Assembly (NCBI GenBank): GCA_910592345.1
Contig: CAJVPI010000046.1
Span: forward strand, 1-64,000
Reading direction: 5' to 3'
Source of the DNA: Paraglomus brasilianum
Lineage: Eukaryota
DNA length: 64,000 nucleotides
Made by a program: the position numbers and the translations under genes. Positions 13,577-26,314 of this stretch are shown here, piece by piece. A model generated the notes under the pieces. That model ran no database searches, had not been told where the DNA came from, and was given only the letters and a program-made list of their open reading frames with translations. Position 1 is the stretch's first letter. Each line of letters opens with the position of its first letter.

Positions 13577-15288
13577 CTGCTGTTGTTGTTGCAAAGCCGA
13601 TTGCGTTTGTTGAGGATTGCCCTGTCCGCCGCTTCCTGGCTGGGGAGCCCCCGATTGTTGCTGGTAGCCAAGTCCTAAAATATTCTCATGGTGGTGGTAA
13701 GCCGACACACGTTGAGATGCTTGCGGTGGATATGCCTATAATAAACAAGGTCAACGATCATTCTCAATCCTATAATTTCTCATACGTATTAATAGCGGAA
13801 ATCTTGTACTTGCCTCCCTTTTCGCAGGTATTGGGCTAATCGCACTCGTTACTGATTGCTGTCCTCCAGCAGTATCATTTATTGTAGACAACGATGGACT
13901 GGATGACATTTGAGCATATCTTCTTGGCGGTTGCCTGTTGAGGACTACAGGCTGTTGGACTTGTGACTGTTGTGATTGTTGGGCGGATTGAGTAGGTGTT
14001 TGTTGTGGAGTCATTTGCGTCGGATTCTGTTGTTGTTGAGAATATCGAGGAGCATGCAGGTAGTTTTGTTGCTGTGTGGTAGATAATGCTGATGTGGACG
14101 CCGAAGCAGTTCCAGATGTTAGAGACTGTTCTTGAAGCGATCCATCCATCAAGTCTTCACCCAATTCGGCAGTCTTTAAAAGAAATAAGATTTGCAAATT
14201 ATAAATACAGATAAATTTGAATTGAGATTTGCAGCAAATTCTACATATGTGATTCAATATACCAAACTAACCGAATCGTCGACTACTCCAAAAGGGCTTA
14301 ACTGTTGGTCGCCCAGACTCATTGCTGATCTCCCTGAGAAATTTATTGGACTCATGTTGCTCATGTTGTTCATGTTTAATCCAGTCATGGAAAAGTTATT
14401 TAGATTACTTGTATCCATTGACCATTGTGGCACTCGTTGCATTGAACCAACGGAAGAATTTGTTGGTGTCGGCAGAGATAGCATGTTGCTATTTGGCTGG
14501 GATGCGGATGACTGTGATGTAGTCGACCCCGATCCTGCCGTGTGGAATGGTTGGAGTGATGTTGCTGTTGCTGTTGGAAAGAATGCAGCAATTATAGTTA
14601 TGAAAGACAGTTAGATCATGGTATATAGAATGTGATCAAGATCAGTTTAACTATGGATCCAAGAATGACGAGGGTATGCGATGAATGCAAGCCTGTACTG
14701 TATATTTTTTAGTATATATTAAGATTAATATACTATACTATTGTAAATAAAATATTTTTGTGTGAAACTGCAGCCGATGACAAGGGGAAAAGAAAAATTA
14801 CCGTGATGTCCACCGCCATACATGGATTGAGTGTTCAAAGACTGCTGTTGCATATGCGATGCAACTGGTTGTTGCAATCGCCTGTGTTGTTGCTGTTGAC
14901 TTGATGTAAACAAACCATTGTTAGGAGATGGAGCGAATCCACTGGAGGCAGCGCCGGTAGAGGTGCCGGTGTGCCCGTAGATGTTGTTCTGATGCAAAAC
15001 ATTAGTGGAATGATCCCAAGCAGAGCTCTTTTGCCACGACATGCCGTGTTGTTGAGTCTGTTGTGTTGGTTGTTGGGCGTGTGATGCGGAATAGTAAGAG
15101 GATCTTGCGGGATCCATGCGCGGACTGGTATAGCTGTTAATGGGAGCTACGGCAGCGTTGAAGGAGGGCGTGGCATTATGACTGAACTGCTGTGTCTGCA
15201 GTTGCTGTGGAGAGGGATAACCGGCCTGGAAATAGCGCTGGTTGTTTGGGTTTGAAGAAGCGTATCGTGGATTGTTGTTGTATGCCAT
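11629..15288 (-). CDS. Multi-exon transcription factor with three HMG boxes and a Q/A/H-rich N-terminus
   Basis: HMG1 KRPMNAFLIFSGERRPQL (~12890); HMG2 KRPMNAFLLYNKEMRPKV (~12330, split by an intron); HMG3 PKHPMSGFLFYASDVRPEI (~11860). Upstream exons are rich in polyQ and (QA)n. Confidence 0.88.
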
Positions 15289-16358
15289 TAGGATTTAATG
15301 AGATATGGAGTCGGACATACAAATCTTTTTTGGCGGAGAGTATATTAGTTTCGGTATAGTTGATTGAGTGCGGGTACAGTTGATGAGTGTGTACAGTTTC
15401 TTTTTTTTTTTTTTTCTATTAATTACGGTTTAGTGATTCGTTATAAATTCCTGATGATAGAAATAAACAGTCCGAGTTATAAATTTTACTGTAGAATGGT
15501 ATGATATTATGTCGATATTAAGATGTTCAATAGAATAAGTAATATAAAAAATATATTATTATTGTTGGGTTATACTTTGTTACTCTTACTTTTTTTTATT
15601 TTGTTGCGTTGTTACTCTTACTTATAATACGCTGTTACTCTTATACTTTTTGTTATATGAGAGCAGTGGAATATAAAAATCGATGATTTTCTTAATTTTT
15701 GTGAGGAGGAAAAAATGCACTGTCTCAACAGAAAAAAGTAAAGTACAACCAACCCAGTTATTTATTACAAAATCAGGGAGGGCAAAACGACAATTAGTTT
15801 GTTGCAGGCACTGTATAAATAAATAAATGGGGCAAATAAGGATGAGTAATTGGCAATATAAATAATTGCAGTACGCAATATATTCAGTACTGTAAATTGT
15901 ATTATTGATTAATAATTGCAGTGTGAAGAATAAGACATATAAATATAAATACAAATAAATATAAATATAAATACATTACTACGATCTCACACTCTGTATA
16001 TTTATTTATATCTGTATATTGCATATCGTTATTATTACTATGATGATGATTATTATTAATACAAACTAATCAACGAATCGACTAATTATAATACAAACCA
16101 TACAAAGATTTATATTGTGCTGTAAACTTGCTTCTTTATTTACCCCTGACTTGTAACCAACATACAAAGCCCTCTTTGGCGTATATTTGGACTTATAAGG
16201 GATGAGGCGTATTTTATGGGGGCCATAATTTGTGTGGAAAAAGAATGAGCAGGTGATAATTAAACGACAACACGGTCGACAGTGATAAGATAAGGAATAT
16301 CAATGACAGTACTGTATATCATAACGTCCATATATAGTCTATTATGTGATTATGATGA

Positions 16359-16465
16359 TTGTCACCCAATAGTCACCCAATAGTCACCCAATCGTCACCC
16401 AATAGTCATCCAATCGCCACCCAATCCCCACCCAATCGCCACCCGATCGTCACCCAATCGTCACC
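16359..16465. repeat. ~11-bp minisatellite (GTCACCCAATA/C)n
   Basis: About 9 degenerate tandem copies visible. Confidence 0.85.
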
Positions 16466-18070
16466 TACCTCGTCTTGCAATCACACATCACAAACTAACC
16501 AATCATCCCAGATCTCCGATCAGCAGTTCTTTCTGTACCACAGAACGACATAATTAGAGTTATTTGGCTGGAACATCACTACGAATGTGTGCGAATCGAG
16601 CGAGTATACTAATTGAATACGTTGAGCGCTCTGGAAATACGGGGTATGATTATCATACACTTCACAACAGATCAACAATCGCAATCTACATGAGTCAACC
16701 ATTCTCCATTCTCCGCCGCTGCCCCGTTGCGTTGCCCCTTCCCCTTAACACTAAATCTCCCACGCAAAAGAAAAAAAGTTGCAAGATAATAATATTAAAG
16801 AACGTGAAAGAAGAAATAACGTTCATAAATGACTAGAACACAAGCAGGTTTTCATTGTTCCCAATTTCCAAATAGCAAATGATGATGTCTAGTCTGCATA
16901 TGGTTCTTGTTACTTTCTCACATTCCGCATGAATCAGATATAGTTGTGGTGTTACCAGTCAGTCGAGTTGAGTGAGCCGAGTGAGTTGTGTGGAGTTTTC
17001 GAGTTGTTACAGTAATTCAGTAAAATTCAGTAATACCGAAATACCGTAATACAGTAATAGTAATACAGCAAGTAAGACAGTAAGTAATACAGCAATTTTT
17101 TTCTCCTCGTGATTAAATTCTTTATTAGTGACTTTTACCAAGCGGTTTTCCTCGTGGAATTGTCCCCTTCTCCATCAGGTAGCGGTGCAAAAAGAGCGAA
17201 GAAGAACGAGAGTATAAGTAGGGGGTATGTTTGGGTAATGTGTCGGAGTAGGAGTTTGGAGTCGAGATCGGGATTGGGTCGTGTTAGGTTGGCTGGCTTG
17301 CAATCAAATCAGCATCCACTCCCCCTACCAGACGGTTAGAAAAAGTGTAACGCACATTCGTCATAGATGGGATATGTATAACAACTAAAAGCGTAATCGT
17401 CACATAAACATCACCAATACACAACCTTTTTTTTTTTTTTTACACCGAACCTTGGCGTATACATTCATATACTCCATACCTCGTGTATCATACTCGGGCT
17501 GTATCAAGTATACACCTGATACACAATCTAGTCTAAATTTAGTCTTGTGGTTTTCGTCATACAAGACGATGTAACAATAGTTGCGAAATTTCTCTTGTCT
17601 TCCCGACGTGGAAGCCCTGATAACCAAGCGGATATTGTGAGTGATGGATGCAATATAGACTTGTCGTCTGCTGGATTATGACAAACACACACTGGGTGGT
17701 TAAACAATTAAACGTCTGTGTAGAACACACTGTGAATATCAACGTATTAGTATGCATACATATCCAACATGACACAATTGACTCCAATATTTAGTATACC
17801 GGATATTACATTAAATAGCAACTTGCTCATTTATACGTACGGTTCATTTTATGCAATTAATTTATTATAATCTTTGTTGATAATACACACCCATATTTGA
17901 TAATGTATGCACTATTACTATGCGTTGCCATTATTTTTAATTACACCACTATTCACGGAAATTACCACTATCCATTGTGACTACGTACGATGGATGTATT
18001 GGTCATATCCTGCAATTTGTTAAATATGGCTACTTCCATCTCACTTTTCCTTGTTACACATTATTGTATC

Positions 18071-18160
18071 AAATACTGCAAATACTGCAAATACTGCAAA
18101 TACAATACTGCAATCCCAATACTGCAAATACAATACTGCAATCCCAATACTGCAATCCCA
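18071..18160. repeat. Tandem AATACTGCA(ATCCC) minisatellite
   Basis: Repeated 9-14 bp units visible. Confidence 0.85.
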
Positions 18161-20059
18161 ACTTCCCCAGTTTACAATGCCCATCCGATCATCCTGCATT
18201 GTTTCTCGCGAAACAAATGTACTCAAGATAAACTTATTCATTTCCACTATTTTTTTCCCCCAATTCACTGACATATGCTATTGCTCGTGCGTGGTATTCT
18301 GACATCTGATACAGTTATGATGCACATACCCAACATATCCTGATCAGTACTTCATCCAGACTTCTCCACATTGAACTAACAAACAACAAAGCTTATTCTT
18401 GTGCTTGTCTTGTCTTTGTCGTTTGTTTATTAGTTTAAGATTGGTCATTGTTAATAGTGAAATTAATATATGAATAAAAAGTACCATATACATAGCAAGT
18501 ATGTCTGCGAAAAATCTATGGAAAAAGTGTTTACATGTACAATCCAAATGTAGTAAGTAGTATAACCCATTGATCACTAAGTGAAGATAAATATTTAGTA
18601 TTTAATAGGCATCTAAACATTTGGTCTAACATAAACAGTTGTTAACATGCGTGCGTAATTGCGTAATGTAATATATAAATACAAATAAATATATATATAT
18701 ATGCGCACTTGTAAGATTGTAAACTTTATACATTGCCTAATATCTATAACTTTACTATATTGTTTATAACCGTTGAACTTTTGTCAGCATTCCCAAGTAC
18801 TATCCTCTTGTACTGTTTAAACAAGGCACGACAACTAGAGAATGCAGAGATGCTTGCTTTTGAGAACGGGAACGCGCGCTTGATAAGGAATGTATCAACC
18901 ACGAACTTTGAGTTCTCGTCGTTTGATTGTTACTCGAATCCCTTCGATTGGCCATCTCCATAAAGAATAGGAGGCGTGATTATGGGACAATTATTGATGA
19001 TAGGCTATATGAGGAAATAGATTACGGGTAATATCTACATGTCTGATAAACGAGCGTGAAAACAAGCTGTTACCAGTTTGCATAAGGTGATTGCTGTCAC
19101 ATCTGCAATCGAGTAAATATTTACAAGCTTAATGATATTCAACGTCACCATACCACAGAGCTGTATGTGCAGCTTAAACTGGAATCAAAGAGTTTAATTA
19201 ATACTTTCACATTAGTTATACCATAAGTGATCTTTTTCACTGTTAATCTATTCACACATTGATCCTAGATAGTACAACTATTTATTTTGATCGTATATTT
19301 ATATGTATATGTATATAATACAATAATGTGTGTATATATTGTATTTATATTTAACTATCGTAATACAATTCCTATTAATCGTTGATTTAATATTAACCCG
19401 AAAATTTTTGGTTGCGTCATATCCGAATGCGTACATCATATTTACATAAAATTAGTATTAGGACATTACAGCTCAATTAAAAAAGAAAAATTTGCCTGAA
19501 ATGCATGATAAAAAAATCACTTCAACAACTTACGGGGGGTTAAGGAAATAATTATCTCTTCTTTTTAATCAACACATCAAAACAGTACTGAAACAATAAC
19601 GCTAGAGCATAATAAATATTACATTTTGTTTGACCAATCCTCTTGGAAAGGTTTAGATTGAAAATAGTGTTTAACATGATCAATAAGTGTTGCGATTAAA
19701 TTTATAGTCGAGAAGGACATAAAGTCTTCAGTATTAATCGTCAATGGTATAACAATTGTTATTGTTGTCATTAAGGTTAGGAAAATAATTCCAGCGTGGA
19801 GGTCTTCTTTTTTTGTTGTTGTTGTTGTTGGTTGTAGTCATCAGCTTTCTCCTTTTTGCCCGATGTAATTGGCGTATAAACTACCTCCTCACTACACATA
19901 AACCAGCCAAAAATAACTCGAAGATACTGGAAAATTTACGTGAAATTACTTTTTTCTGTACTTGAACCTCCTTTACTTTTCTTTTAAACACTTCAATAAA
20001 TCGAATGTAAAAGAAAGAAAAGGAGCGCTTTTGTTAATATGAGAATACGCATTTTATAA

Positions 20060-20400
20060 TGGTTAGCCTATTTTCAAATTCTTTTTTGCATTCTCTAAAC
20101 CTACGAACTGTTTATTTCCTAAAAAATTTAGCAAAAAAGTTGGGGAAAGTTTTTTTGGTTTAATAATTGTACAGTAAATTGAACAAACTAAAACGGTCAT
20201 TATAATTATACACTCATGTCAGTCACAAATAAATTGTGTTCTTTCAACAAAGTATGGGAGAAAAAATTAATTCTGATTTATATATTATGTTTTACTTATG
20301 AACAGTAAAAACTGGCTTTGGAACAATTGCATTTATCTCTGACAAATGGACAAACGTTATTATAAAGTAACTGTCTTTTGAAATTCAAAAGATAAAGATT
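20060..20400 (+). mobile_element. Possible highly degenerate hAT transposase relic
   Basis: Translation IAFISDKWTNV (~20326-20358) resembles the hAT catalytic DxWT motif; surrounding frames are broken by stops. Confidence 0.35.
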
Positions 20401-21174
20401 TAACTTTCTTGGCAATTTCAGAAATTGGTTTTCTAGTTTTCAACAAGTAAAGAACACCATTAGCTCCTATTACTATTTGCATTTTAACAACGTCAGGATT
20501 AGGATTAGCTGTTTCAAAAAGAAAATGCTGATACTTTACTATTGAAAATGTATGTAGTTTTTTTCCCCACAATAGCAACAATATGATCCACAGTTTTTCG
20601 ATACAGATAAAGTTTAATCCAAAACTACCATTACACTGAATTTAGATCCAAAACTACCATTACACTGAATTTAGTATGCACCTCAGTTGGCTGAGTATCT
20701 GGCGGAATTAGACAGGTCCCAAAACACAGGTACATATGTACCATAAAATTAGTTTAATGATAATTGAAAAATACTAAATACAGGTAAATTAAATAGTAGC
20801 ATTGTTCTTATTTTGTCTGTTCACCCGCATTACTACAAGTAATCTTTAAATAATTTTGAATCTTTAATTTCATCAGAATACTATTTCGTCCTCGACACAA
20901 AGTGGATTAATTCGTTCGCGTACTGCTTCACCTGAATGCCAAATTAATGCTCTCTACGTTGACTAGGATAATAAGTCTTACTTATCCTGTTGATGGAATG
21001 TGCATTTTGTGTTCTGTAATGAGCATTAACGCCACGTACTTCTCGTTTATAAAATGCTCATATCTACCAACACAACTGTATGAAAGCCTTGAATTATATA
21101 TTAAAAACGTACGCGCTAGTCGGGGGTTTTTTTTTAAATGTTAGCTGGATGTGAGTTGCAACAACAAAGAGCAT

Positions 21175-21460
21175 GTCGTGTCAGCCAATACGGGCAGGGC
21201 TAATTATTTATACTTGGCCTTAATTCGGGAAGCTTTCTTGATGCCGTTGTTAGGGGTTTCCAACTGGTCAAATACGTTCTTGCTGACGATAATTCCCGTC
21301 CTCCTATTAGACGTGTGGTTCTTATTCTAATAGCAAGGGAAACCGATAATAAATACGTGTAGATACGCACGTGCATTCCGACCCTTCCTTCGCAAACGGG
21401 GTACCTGAGAGGTAGAGTTCGAGCGATTCGGACGTTGACGTTTGGCCTTAGCTGTATGAC
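21175..21460 (+). ncRNA. Candidate structured ncRNA (~290 nt), unidentified
   Basis: Terminal helix 21175-21185 / 21451-21460 encloses several hairpins with G-U pairs. Higher GC than the flanks. Confidence 0.35.
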
Positions 21461-22664
21461 GATGGACGATGGACGATGGACGATGGACGATGCAATTCTT
21501 TACAAAAATAAAGGATTAAGATTCTGCACTAATTGTCTCACACTTTATTGCCACCGCAAGTTAAGGTTGGTTACTGCAAATAGCAGCGAAGACATTATCG
21601 ATTCTTAGTAAATTAATAAAGTCTCCGTCCGTCGATTGTCAATCGATAGGTTGACTATTAATTATATCGTTAATTTATTAAATTCGTGTATTACTGAGAA
21701 TAATCAATAACATCAGCAACATCGAACTCGGAACATATTGAGAATGAGTTTTATTTATAATAAATTATCGTTACGCTTTTCAATGCACGTCCATTACCGG
21801 TGAATATTAACACACGCTATTTCTGCTTTTTCAATAATGCACTTGACAGATTGGTGTATTTTTTTGACAAATTGGATTGTTCTGACAAAGATCGTGTAAG
21901 TCGCATTATCGATCACCTGATCATATGACGTTGCAGCACACGCGATGTAAGTTGATTAGTAATTTCTAATTCTTCCCAATACCAAGATCCGGTTAATTAA
22001 AAGCAAAGGTACGCAATTATTCAAAGATACTTTAAGGGTTGAAAGAGTCTGCATTTAGTTTGGTTGTCATCATCATCAATGATGTGTGCAGAACCATAGA
22101 TACGCGAGATACGCGATACAACAAAACAGTAGAGATAACATTAAACAGTTATCCAGATTTTTTATAGCGCAATTAGAAATCGCTGATAACAGAATGCTGT
22201 TAAAAAAGTTTGCTGGGTAAAACCAAATTGACAGTTGATAAAACGTTTGCGATGACTGTAAAATTTCTCGAAAGTTATTAATTCTAAGACTCGTGTAGAA
22301 ACGTCAATCGAATACCCAATCTATTATATTTTGCCAGCAGAAACAAATTATAAATCGGTAGATTAGTATGCAGGCCTTGAGAAAGCAAGCACATTGACAT
22401 TACTAAAATGTAAAGCCAATCAATTGGCAAAACGTCAGTTCAGATCACGTGAATTTATCGAGTGATGTGTCACTATAAGGTTTGATTGACATCTAAAGTT
22501 GCTCTTCCTGTTCTACCAACATACCCAAAGGAATATATCCACTTTGAGGTGTACATAATCCATCCATCATGGTAATGAACATAATTCACATTCAGTCTAT
22601 CTCTTAGATGAAAATTAGTCGAAGGAATGGGAGTAGAAAAAAACAGGTTGACAACGACACAACT

Positions 22665-22825
22665 GTATTTCTGTTTCTGGGGAAACATCAAGTTCCATCA
22701 GAAACTCTTCATATTTCTGTTTCTGAGGCAATGTTACGTTCCAGCAGAAACACTCGTATTTTTGTTTCTGGGGAAAACATCGAGTTCCATCAGAAACTCT
22801 TGTATTTCTGTTTCTGGGAAACATC
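22665..22825. repeat. 3.5 tandem copies of a 45-46 bp hairpin-forming unit upstream of RPL11
   Basis: Unit GTATTTCTGTTTCTGGGGAAACATCAAGTTCCATCAGAAACTCTT with internal inverted repeat GTTTCTG...CAGAAAC. Confidence 0.9.
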
Positions 22826-22917
22826 ACCATTGAGATAGAATAGTTTAAACGAATAGGTATTCGTTTGACCAAGTAGAGTAAACTTGTCGATTTCGAAAGA
22901 GGTTGATCAATGCAGCA

Positions 22918-23764
22918 ATGGTCAAGAACGTGAATCAGGACACTCTTTCAAGACTACCCCTATTCTTACACTGTTTAATGGCCAGATTAGATTATGTCAA
23001 ATCTGATCGGAACGAGAAAAAAAAAAACCAAAAAAAAAAAAACGTCATTTCTCACTCCGTGCTCCCATTTTCCCCTTGCACGTTTTGCTTTCAATTGCCC
23101 CATGATGCATTTTTTCCATAGGTCCCTCCAACGGAAGGAAAGTCGCCACACACAAACGTAATGCGAGAACTCCGAATCGAAAAGCTCGTTCTCAACATCT
23201 GCGTTGGAGAATCAGGTGATCGTCTGACTCGTGCTGCAAAAGTGCTCGAGAATCTCACGGGCCAACCGCCGGTCTACTCAAAAGCACGATATACCGTCCG
23301 TTCGTTTGGTATCCGACGTAATGAAAAGATTGCAGTCCACGTTACGGTCCGCGGACCCAAGGCAGAAGAGATTTTAGAGCGTGGATTAAAAGTAAAAGAG
23401 TACGAATTGAAACGAAGCAATTTCTCGGATACCGGTAATTTTGGATATGGTATTCAGGAACATATTGATTTGGGAATCAAATATGATCCGAGTATCGGTA
23501 TTTATGGCATGGATTTCTATGTGGTGATGGGCCGTCCGGGAGCACGAGTCTCGAGACGACGAAGAGCAAGGAAGAAGATTGGATTCAATCATCGAGTTAC
23601 TAAAGATGAGACTATTAAATGGTTTAAGCAGAGGGTAAGTAGGAGTGTGTTGTTGGAATTGGGAATTGGGAATTGGGATAATGGATGAAATGTTGCAAGA
23701 CGCGATCTTCTAATTGTTTGGCTTTTTGTCTTTATAGTTCGATGGTATCGTACTCAATCGCTAG
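22918..23764 (+). CDS. RPL11: 60S ribosomal protein L11 (uL5)
   Basis: [29 protein letters not shown]... Exon 23122-23634, last exon 23738-23764 (FDGIVLNR*). An ATG-only first exon at 22918 is inferred. Confidence 0.96.
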
Positions 23765-24034
23765 TTATATATCGTATTAGTTGCTAATCGATCAGGTGGT
23801 TTTTTCCGATGAACAATAAAACTATCAAAATTCAACATATTAATGGATTTCATCACATGTATTGGATAGCTGGAATATTAAATATGGTCACGGTTATTAT
23901 TATTATATTATTATTATTTTTCAAACTGAAAGTGTACATAATTAACTCTATAATTGTACCGACTACTACAACGATCATTAATATGTTGTCGTTATCAACT
24001 TTCGTTTTGACACATCTATTGTCCGCTATTCTTG

Positions 24035-24308
24035 CTAGTGTTGTAATCGGTTGTCTCCACCAGCATTATATCCTCTTCCCGATCTAAGGCACTTGTTAGC
24101 AAAATGTCCCTTTTGACCACATTTGAAACATGTAACTTCTGACAATGGACGATATCCAGCATAATGCTGTTGCTGTTGATGCTGCTGATGTGGTTGCTGC
24201 TGTTGCTGCTGATACTGTTGCTGTTGATGGTGCTGCTGTTGCGGATGCTGCAGATGTTGTTGTTGTTGTTGCTGCTGCTGCTGCTGCTGCTGTTGTATTT
24301 GTTGTTGG

Positions 24309-24339
<31 letters not shown>

Positions 24340-25567
24340 GCTGCTGCTGCTGTTGCTGTTGCTGCTGCTGCTGTTGCTGCTGCTGCTGTTGTGGATGCTG
24401 CTGCTGTTGATGGTGATGATGTTGTTGATGATGTTGATGATGATGGTGATGATGGTGAGCGTGCTGTATAAACGAGCCATAAGCAATTAATTATAGTTAC
24501 AAAATGCGAGAATATTTAGCGTCTAAATAATACCTCTTCCATTTCAACACCTCTCATTATGTCATCTTCAGTCCCATCAAAGTCGCGTTGTACGCTTGGA
24601 AGTTCATACTTTGGACTACAGCAATTGGGAAATAATAAAACAGTGAACACACATATGTAGATCTTTGGCTAATATTTTAATACTTACTGTCCATTTGGGC
24701 ACTCGGGTCCTTTCGGACAGAATCCGGATAGATAAGCCTGACATAAAACCTTTCTCACATGTTTGTGACGGCAATTGGGACCTAAAAATTTACAAGGGCA
24801 ATCAAAGAGTGTATTGACAATCTATGGACGCTGTTGATAATATCCCATTTTTCATGATTGCGTGCATCCAAATTGAACCAGTTTAAATCATAATATTATC
24901 ACCATCTCACATTCCTGACATGACCTTAATGCTACGCTACATTCATAATTTGTCACCGGCACTCACCATGCTTGCAGAATCCTCTCGCGTACCATGCGCA
25001 TTCTTTGATCTTGCTCTCGGGATCAATATGTAAATACATGCAATCTTCATTACTACATTCCCCATATCGTGAATAAAACCAACATTCAGGCATTTTACGC
25101 ATGTTAAATTCATGAAGAAATTCACACTGATCCCCCTTCTTGCATAATCCGCGAAGCCAATGTTTACAGACAACAGCTTTTTCTCTTGAATTGTTCGAAT
25201 GTTTATATTCACATTTGGGGCCTTTGGTACACGTTCCACGTATGTAGAATTGACAGACTTGGTCTAAGTTTGGTTTTAATTCAATGAAAAAAAGATTGTT
25301 ATTGGAATTGGGTAAAGAGAGATCAACAAAGATCGTTTATTGAATCTAATTGTTTACATGACACTTCTAAGTCTTATACAACTAATAACTTTCAGTTCGA
25401 TACGTTATTCTAAACATGTTCCTTGAGTCTTTATTGTTACTGTTCGATCACCACTCACCAGTACCATTTAATCCTAACCCTAATTCTGTCTTAACATAAT
25501 CCTCAAAATCAAAAGAAACTCCTCTGTAATCATTCGAGAAGAAGTCTTTCAGAATTGTATCTTCCAT
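24035..25567 (-). CDS. YTH1: mRNA 3'-end processing factor Yth1/CPSF30
   Basis: N-terminal [12 protein letters not shown] fingers ([34 protein letters not shown]); polyQ/H tract; C-terminal CCHC knuckle [16 protein letters not shown]. Confidence 0.93.
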
Positions 25568-26278
25568 TTTCCAGTGTTTGACTATTACTTTGTTTGAGGA
25601 CTGAAAGTGACACGTAGAGATAAGTCTCACCCACATTGACGTTTCTCATAACTTTGCAAATAGATCAGAACATATATATGCTTACACGAAGGGCGAACAG
25701 CGTCGGTACTATGACGTTGAGAGGTGCGCAACGTCGATTATTATTATATTCGATTTTCAGTCACATGACATTGTTTTTTGATCTGACCAATAGAAAATTT
25801 GACTTGTCTTGGCGTCACGAAATTAGACATTTACATATCCAATTTGGGAATGGAAAGAAGTTCATTGAATATTCTTAAGACGTTCGTATCAAAAATTAGG
25901 AATTGCACTCATGGACAGAGTTCGTTATAACGATAAATAACGAAGGGGGGGGTGTTTCATATTTAAGTGCATATTAATATGAAACATGCAATAGTTTATT
26001 TATTAACAACTGTTTAGATTAAACTAAAATTTTTTTCCCCTTTATACTCGCAGCGCACGAAAAAAGTAACGAAAGAATAATATTTTTATTAACTGCACAG
26101 CAAGAAAGAAGTGCACAAGATTTTATATGCATACTGCCTGTGATATGGTAAATAAATTTATTTAAGCCCAATAGTGCTTTTCAATTGGTTAATATCTGGG
26201 GTCAATCCATAATTGTGGGCACCATTGTATGAGAAGTTTCATGGTTTCCTTATGTTGCGTTACTATTACTAGAACATT

Positions 26279-26314
<36 letters not shown>

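Noticed and set aside
13088..13839. + strand ORFs with polyL/polyV (also 24016-24486 alternative frames)
   Set aside because: Antisense or off-frame shadows of the CAG/CAA repeats in the HMG and YTH1 genes.
11629..15288. Mating-type (sexM/sexP) locus
   Set aside because: The gene has three HMG boxes and many introns, and the typical flanking genes are absent.
21255..21345. Canonical hammerhead ribozyme
   Set aside because: CTGACGA and GAAAC are present, but stems I-III do not pair in the required register.
22665..22825. CRISPR array
   Set aside because: Units are contiguous with no unique spacers, there are no cas genes, and the context is eukaryotic.
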